Source: a virus
Taxonomy: Duplodnaviria; Caudoviricetes
Length of the DNA stretch: 50,846 nucleotides
Reading direction: 5' to 3' (one strand)
IMG/VR virus record: IMGVR_UViG_3300018063_000007
Coordinates: 1-50,846 of that record
Shown: positions 45,618-50,846 of the stretch, piece after piece
How the letters are laid out: each line of letters begins with the position of its first letter
How positions within the stretch are numbered: the stretch's first letter is position 1
Translations under genes and position numbers: made by a program
Notes under the pieces: model-generated
Database searches by the model: none
What the model was told of the DNA's origin: nothing
The model's input: the letters and a program-made list of their open reading frames with translations, nothing else

Positions 45618-47755
45618 TACGCGGCGGCTACCTGTTGACGTTCGGAGCGTCCGGCGGCGCCACCACCTCTGGCGGAAGCGTTTTCGTTCTTCGCGCCCGT
45701 AGTGTCACCGGACTGTTGGCCACCCGCGCCACCTGTGGGCGCGGCGGCCTGTTGAGACATCATCTTCACTTGAACTTGCATTACCGTCTCTTGGAGGTGA
45801 ATACGCATCATGTTCTGGACTGGCGGCGGGAGAGTGCGAAACTCCTCGGACTTCATCCATGTGCTGTGACGCCCATAGTGGAACTCACTATTGTCGACCA
45901 GTGGGTCGACGATAACGGGGAACGGCGGTAGTTGATCGATAGGGGTGAGCAACTCACCTTCAGGTGAGAAGTGCTGCTTGGTGTAGTCAATGACCATGCC
46001 GTGCTCGCGGGCCACTACGTCGTCGTCAGCGTGGGTGTCGTCCATCAGCTCATGGACCTGGAGGGCGCGAATGACCGTCAGGCGCACACGGGGGTCGTTG
46101 ATGTCCACGAGGCCCATTTGCATGGCTTGTTCGTAGGCAGCACGTTTCTGGAGTTGGGTCTTGGGTTGTGCAGACCCGGCTTCGACGCGAATGTCGACCG
46201 AGCCATAGAGGTCGGCAGCCTTAACTTGGGCCATTTGCCAACGGGCTTCCTCACCCTTAATGGCGAAGAAGCTAATATCCGGGGCGTTGTTGCGGAAAAT
46301 GAGAAAGGCTTGGCGCGCCAGCTCCTGATAACTCTGCTCCCAGCCGAAGTAGAGGGCGGCGAAGCGAGTTTGGGCGCGCTGTTGAAGGATGTTCATTGCG
46401 TAGCCACTGTCGACCCGGCCAGGGGCGGCGCCCGTGAGCACTTCTTCGATACCTGCTATGCGCATCATCTCGTCGTCGATTTGCTGGAAGCGCTGGGAAA
46501 AGGAGTTAGGGAGACGCCCACCCTCTAGGCGCTTGGGCTCGCCCAGATCCTTGTTGAACTCGATGATTGAGCCTTCCTCGCCGGGGAAGGTCTTGAGGTC
46601 GCTGCCCTGCGGCATGGCAATTATGCCGTTGGCGGTACGCGCGAAGTATAACTCGACGGAGGCTTGGACACGGTTGCGGTTACGTTGTGGTGCCTTCAAC
46701 GAGTCGGCTGGGCCGGTCTTGTAGTGACAACCAGGTACATCGTCGAAGCCCCAGTGAACCACTGGAATGAAAGGACGGCCACGCTTCTCGGGGTTGCCAT
46801 CATGCGTCGCCAGTTCGGGCTTAGCCTCCAAGACTTCATTACACCCAGCGAATCTAGCGGTCGCGCCGCGTTTATACTCACGGCAAGGCATGATGTAGAG
46901 GTCGTCGACTATTTCGCTGTTATCGAAGACGGTGGCGCCAGAGCCTCGGTTGAGCGTCGAGCCAGTTGCAATGCGAATGATCGACTGCAAGTAGGTCATG
47001 CCAACGTCACTCGGTACCATGTACTGCGCGTCACGTTTGGCTTTCCCTGGGTACTTATTCTGCACCCACGTGAGGCTCTTGAGCCGCCGCACCATAATCA
47101 TGGGTTGATCGTCGATGTGCTTGATTGTGGGGTCGACCCAGACCTCAAATGGGGTGAGCACTTCAAGGTACGGCGTACCTCGCGGGACTTCACTCGACGA
47201 CGGCTCCAACGGTGACTTATGGATGGGGCACTTGCCACCAACTTTCTCGGCTTCTTCGGGTGCCCAGGGCTCTCCTCCTTTGACGCACACCATTACGGGC
47301 ACAGAGTCAACGCGCCCACCGTCGAAGTCCCAGCCCATGAGCGTGTACATATTGTTCATCAAACACACGCCCTTCGATAACTCGGGGCGATGACGGTCGA
47401 GTTGGATGAGGTCTTCGACATGACCAATGACGATTTTGGCGCCATCGGCGGCGGTGCGGTCGTTGTCGCGGTTGCTGCCTGGGGCGAAGGAAAGCGAAGG
47501 CTCGACGCGGCTCAACTCAGCATCGACGCGCCCGAGCACCGATTTGTAGATGTTGGTGACGGGCATAGGTGCAGATTTGCGCAGGGGTGGGCGTTGGAAA
47601 TGCCCCGAGAGGTGGTTGAACTCGATCCACTGGTGGTCTACATAGAACATAGTGTTCTCGTAGAAATTGCGCATAGGGCCAGCACGCGACCCTTCAATAC
47701 GGGCTTGGAACTTTTCGCGCGAGGAGAGGAGCTTGATTTCGAGTTCAGTTGGCAC
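45617..47755 (-). CDS. Portal protein (P22-like podovirus type)
   Basis: 712 aa after the terminase; FYVDHQW, VTNIY, TPFEVWVDP, SGYAM..LQQ, DIRVEAGS; Gln/Ala tail. Confidence 0.85.
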   Translation of the reverse strand: MPTELEIKLLSSREKFQARIEGSRAGPMRNFYENTMFYVDHQWIEFNHLSGHFQRPPLRKSAPMPVTNIYKSVLGRVDAELSRVEPSLSFAPGSNRDNDRTAADGAKIVIGHVEDLIQLDRHRPELSKGVCLMNNMYTLMGWDFDGGRVDSVPVMVCVKGGEPWAPEEAEKVGGKCPIHKSPLEPSSSEVPRGTPYLEVLTPFEVWVDPTIKHIDDQPMIMVRRLKSLTWVQNKYPGKAKRDAQYMVPSDVGMTYLQSIIRIATGSTLNRGSGATVFDNSEIVDDLYIMPCREYKRGATARFAGCNEVLEAKPELATHDGNPEKRGRPFIPVVHWGFDDVPGCHYKTGPADSLKAPQRNRNRVQASVELYFARTANGIIAMPQGSDLKTFPGEEGSIIEFNKDLGEPKRLEGGRLPNSFSQRFQQIDDEMMRIAGIEEVLTGAAPGRVDSGYAMNILQQRAQTRFAALYFGWEQSYQELARQAFLIFRNNAPDISFFAIKGEEARWQMAQVKAADLYGSVDIRVEAGSAQPKTQLQKRAAYEQAMQMGLVDINDPRVRLTVIRALQVHELMDDTHADDDVVAREHGMVIDYTKQHFSPEGELLTPIDQLPPFPVIVDPLVDNSEFHYGRHSTWMKSEEFRTLPPPVQNMMRIHLQETVMQVQVKMMSQQAAAPTGGAGGQQSGDTTGAKNENASARGGGAAGRSERQQVAAA

Positions 47756-48138
47756 TAAGCGTAATCTCCTCTAGCTTCCACGTCATCTTTGAAGCGGCAC
47801 TCGGGATCATCGTACGGAACGGGCGCTAGCGGATCACGGGCGAGCGACTTCGTAAGCGCAACCTTACTTTCGAGCGAGCGATGCTGCGCACGTTCATAGG
47901 CTTGCGAGATACCCGTGCGACCGTAGACTTCGAGGAGACGGTCAGTCGCGATGTCAGCGCGTTCAGTTGCTTCCACGTGCCGCCGATTAAGCTCAATGAA
48001 GTCTTCATGTGCTCGTTCGAGGGCGAACTCCAAGCGTTCGATAACTCGCTCAAAGATTCGGCGTTCTGCGGCGATGAATTCCTTTGCGTCAGCGACACCA
48101 GCTTCGTAGCCATCTGCAAATCTCCTAAAGAGCTTCAT
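47755..48138 (-). CDS. Coiled-coil hypothetical protein
   Basis: Coupled between terminase and portal. Confidence 0.65.
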   Translation of the reverse strand: MKLFRRFADGYEAGVADAKEFIAAERRIFERVIERLEFALERAHEDFIELNRRHVEATERADIATDRLLEVYGRTGISQAYERAQHRSLESKVALTKSLARDPLAPVPYDDPECRFKDDVEARGDYA

Positions 48139-49985
48139 GCATACCTCGCGTTACCGTCAGCTTGCGTATCGCCTCGAAACCACGAACTATCGCTGTAGTC
48201 GCCTGAGTCCTCCACGATTCGCGAATTGCGAATCTCCCACACTGCACGGGAGCCGGGGTCGACTTTCATTAAATCGCGTTCGATCTGCGTCGTCGCGGTC
48301 AACTCACGTGGGAGTGTCTTACCTGGGGGGAAGGCTTTCTTCACAGCAGCGGAGAGCGCGTCGCTCAAGTCGTCGAACTCGGGGTTAGGGAAGTCAAGAA
48401 GTTCACCTTCGAGGTCTGCAATCCCTTGGTTAACGATGTCGCTACCTTCAAGGTGAAAGATCATGCCGTTGGCGTAGCGAGATTGAAGGGAGCTGATGCG
48501 GTCAGGCTTGCTAATCGGGGAGCCGTCCCAGTCTAGGAGCAGAAATGGCGTACGCCCGCGCTTGAACTCTGTCCTAAAGATGTGGACGTAGAGGATTTGC
48601 ATACCACGTTGCTCAATGAACACGGCCTTGGGTGCCCACTGGTCGACGAGAGTGAAAGTCTCTTTAACGAACGTATCGACGCCCCAACGACGGCGAATCG
48701 AACGGAGCACGTACCAATTGTTGTCTGGCCCCACGGCCAAAACGATGATGCCGAAGAAGTCACCCTCACGGCCCTCCTTGCGATGTTGGTTGGGGTCGAG
48801 GCGCTTGCCAGGCTCACGCGCTGAGGTGGGGTCGACGAACACGAAGATGTTGCACAGCGCGAGGCGAATCTTCCTGCCTTCGCGGCCCTCATGGTCGAGT
48901 TCGATGAGGTGGTCACCCTCGCGCCGGCACTGACGAAACAAACTCTCGCTGAAGCCTAGCTTGTCAGCGTCGCGTGGGTTGTTACAATACCAACATGAGA
49001 ACAGAAACGGGTTTGCCTTCTTCAACTTCAACGCAATGTCGACGTTGCATTGGCTGAAAATCATGTGCTCGCGCGAGTAGTCCTCAGTAGCCTTACCATC
49101 TTTCTCACACCACGAGCGTAGCGCGACCATCGTGCTTGGTGACGCCCGCTCGATCCGCGAGTACGGGTCGAAGAAGGCCCACCGCGTGCCGCAGATCCTT
49201 CGCTCGCTCGTGTTGAGGTTGGCGAACATGGGCGTCAGGTTGTCGTACGCAGCGCACACCTTGTCCATCTGGGCACGGGGCAGCTCATCTCCCACTATGT
49301 CGTCGACAAGCTGGAGTGTGAAATGCCCTCCTACGAGGGTGCTCCCGACACCGGACGCTCGAATCGAGGGGTCGGTGTATACCCCATGACGTTTGATGGT
49401 CAGCGCTGTGGCGCTCCACTTATCCTGCTCGCCCTTACCGGGCACGATCTCGCCAAAGCACGCCAAGAACAATTGCCCTCTAGGCCCTAACCCCTGCATG
49501 AGCAGCCGAATGGGCGTCAGCATGCCCTCAGCCATCGACACGTTGTGCGTGTAGATGAGGATGCGTTCCTCAGGGTCGCGCACCAAGCGCCAGGCACAAT
49601 AGGCTTGGGTGAGCATAGTCGTCTTCAGATGCCCTCGGGGTACGATCGCCATGCGTTCGCGGCCTAGCACCTGCCCGCTCTTGGTCTTCCACCCATTGGG
49701 CGCGGACCAGGCCCACGCGAGGTCGCTGTGAAATGGCACTTCGAGCAACGAACCGCTCGCGTCAGCGTTGAACGCACAGATGAACTTGGCGAAGAAGAAG
49801 AAGTCGCGCAGCCCACGCTGACGATGATACTCGGTGAAGTCGGCGTCGTTGAACATCGCTGTGCGCGGGCGACCTTCGGCCTCCCAATGCTCGAAACGCC
49901 TGTGCAAAGGTTCGAGTTCGGCGGTGAGCCAATGCTCAATGGGCGCGGCGTCGGGGATTACGAGGTCGGTGAGTCGACGGGCCAT
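48135..49985 (-). CDS. terL: Terminase large subunit
   Basis: Walker A PRGHLKTT, Walker B LVDDIV, GTRW, nuclease FVDP and FPNPEFDDLSDALS; start MARRLT at 49985. Confidence 0.92.
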   Translation of the reverse strand: MARRLTDLVIPDAAPIEHWLTAELEPLHRRFEHWEAEGRPRTAMFNDADFTEYHRQRGLRDFFFFAKFICAFNADASGSLLEVPFHSDLAWAWSAPNGWKTKSGQVLGRERMAIVPRGHLKTTMLTQAYCAWRLVRDPEERILIYTHNVSMAEGMLTPIRLLMQGLGPRGQLFLACFGEIVPGKGEQDKWSATALTIKRHGVYTDPSIRASGVGSTLVGGHFTLQLVDDIVGDELPRAQMDKVCAAYDNLTPMFANLNTSERRICGTRWAFFDPYSRIERASPSTMVALRSWCEKDGKATEDYSREHMIFSQCNVDIALKLKKANPFLFSCWYCNNPRDADKLGFSESLFRQCRREGDHLIELDHEGREGRKIRLALCNIFVFVDPTSAREPGKRLDPNQHRKEGREGDFFGIIVLAVGPDNNWYVLRSIRRRWGVDTFVKETFTLVDQWAPKAVFIEQRGMQILYVHIFRTEFKRGRTPFLLLDWDGSPISKPDRISSLQSRYANGMIFHLEGSDIVNQGIADLEGELLDFPNPEFDDLSDALSAAVKKAFPPGKTLPRELTATTQIERDLMKVDPGSRAVWEIRNSRIVEDSGDYSDSSWFRGDTQADGNARYA

Positions 49986-50275
49986 CAGCCAATACACCAA
50001 CGACAATACAGTGCATGCGTCGCCGGCCAGCCCAGTTGCTTCAACTCAACCAACCGTGCTTGGCCGTTGTAGCTGGCCGAATGGCGCTCAGTACCACCTA
50101 GCAACTTCAAGCCAGCCTCCGCGTTCCCACACCCAGCGCACTTCCCACCATATGCTGCTAGCATCTCTGCCCTGAGCTTAGCCCGGTAGTTGCGTCCCAC
50201 GAGGCGCTGCCGGTCCACGGTCATGGTTCCGGCAGCGAGTCGGCGGGCTCGTGGGGAAGCTACACCCGATCTCAC
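49985..50275 (-). mobile_element. Degenerate HNH-endonuclease-like ORF between the terminase genes
   Basis: LRAEMLAAYGGKCAGCG...GWP...LYCRWC; the catalytic DH and N residues are not apparent. Confidence 0.55.
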
Positions 50276-50846
50276 GAAGGAGGCTCGGGCGCAGGCAGCG
50301 CAATCGGCTCGACTATCACCTCGGCCTGGATTGCACGCGCTTTCAACTTGGCGTCGTCGGCGGCGACTCCGCTCATTTGGTTGATGATCGTCAACTCACC
50401 AACTTGGATGATCGGTCGCTGCGCCTTCGTATTCTGATCCCACCCCTTGAACTTCATCATCTTCTCGGTGGCCCATTGGGCGAGCGGAGGCGACTTCCAC
50501 TGGCGGCCCTCCCTCGTTAACTGATACCGAAAGCAATCCTCGATGAACGCGATCGAGTTCTCCCCTTGAGCTTCCAAGCGGATGCGCTCCCCTTTGCGCT
50601 TACGCTCAGCAATCAGCTCGTCGTCCTGCGAGTCCTCCTGCTCTAGATATGCGAACGCCTGCTTGGCCATCCCCCGGCGCAGCCAAGCCCGAAGCGAGTC
50701 CTCCTTCATGTTCACATCGTGGCCAATCTCCCCCATCGGCACGTTCTCGCTCACGGCCTTTCGCACCCGTCGTGCCAGCTCCAACGTCTCCCGGTCGCGG
50801 GTGTTCAACAGCCCCAGCTCCAACCTCCGTCGAAACGCTAGTGCTA
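50272..50846 (-). CDS. Putative terminase small subunit (201 aa with the part at 124..154)
   Basis: First gene of the arm, upstream of terL; HTH-like PMGEIGHDVNMKEDSLRAWLRR. Confidence 0.6.
   Translation of the reverse strand, partial: ALAFRRRLELGLLNTRDRETLELARRVRKAVSENVPMGEIGHDVNMKEDSLRAWLRRGMAKQAFAYLEQEDSQDDELIAERKRKGERIRLEAQGENSIAFIEDCFRYQLTREGRQWKSPPLAQWATEKMMKFKGWDQNTKAQRPIIQVGELTIINQMSGVAADDAKLKARAIQAEVIVEPIALPAPEPPS
50724..50846. repeat. 123-bp terminal direct repeat, right copy
   Basis: Identical to 1-123. Confidence 0.97.

Noticed and set aside
1-50846. Stop-codon reassignment as the cause of fragmented genes
   Set aside because: Long core genes read cleanly in the standard code, all three stops are used at coupled junctions, and the pieces are kilobases apart

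Overview
The window is one apparently complete, circularly permuted tailed-phage genome of about 50,723 bp. Positions 1-123 repeat exactly at 50724-50846, and the small terminase ORF reads through that join. There are two divergent arms. The + arm (about 0.7-20.3 kb) holds dozens of small overlapping early genes, a PD-(D/E)XK exonuclease / Sak4-like ATPase / SSB recombination module, a family A DNA polymerase, a RepA-like helicase, nucleotide-metabolism genes, a LAGLIDADG endonuclease and a DnaQ-like exonuclease. The - arm (20.3-50.8 kb) is a podovirus-type virion module (terminases, portal, scaffold, capsid, adaptor, nozzle, ejection proteins; no tape measure or sheath) with an embedded lysis cassette. 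No integrase, tRNA, CRISPR array or reverse transcriptase was recognised. Most striking features: (1) a SPO1-type UDG/3'-5' exonuclease/PolA polymerase cut into three ORFs separated by 4.2 kb and 1 kb gene islands, with a compact pseudoknot-like RNA just before the middle piece; (2) a tail nozzle gene that looks split the same way; (3) many inserted genes that re-create the start of the gene they interrupt; (4) fibre-like proteins with Sec signal peptides, Pro-Thr linkers and nine Cys-rich repeats arranged as triplets; (5) sigma54-type promoters in the control region. All family assignments come from motif recognition by eye, not database searches.
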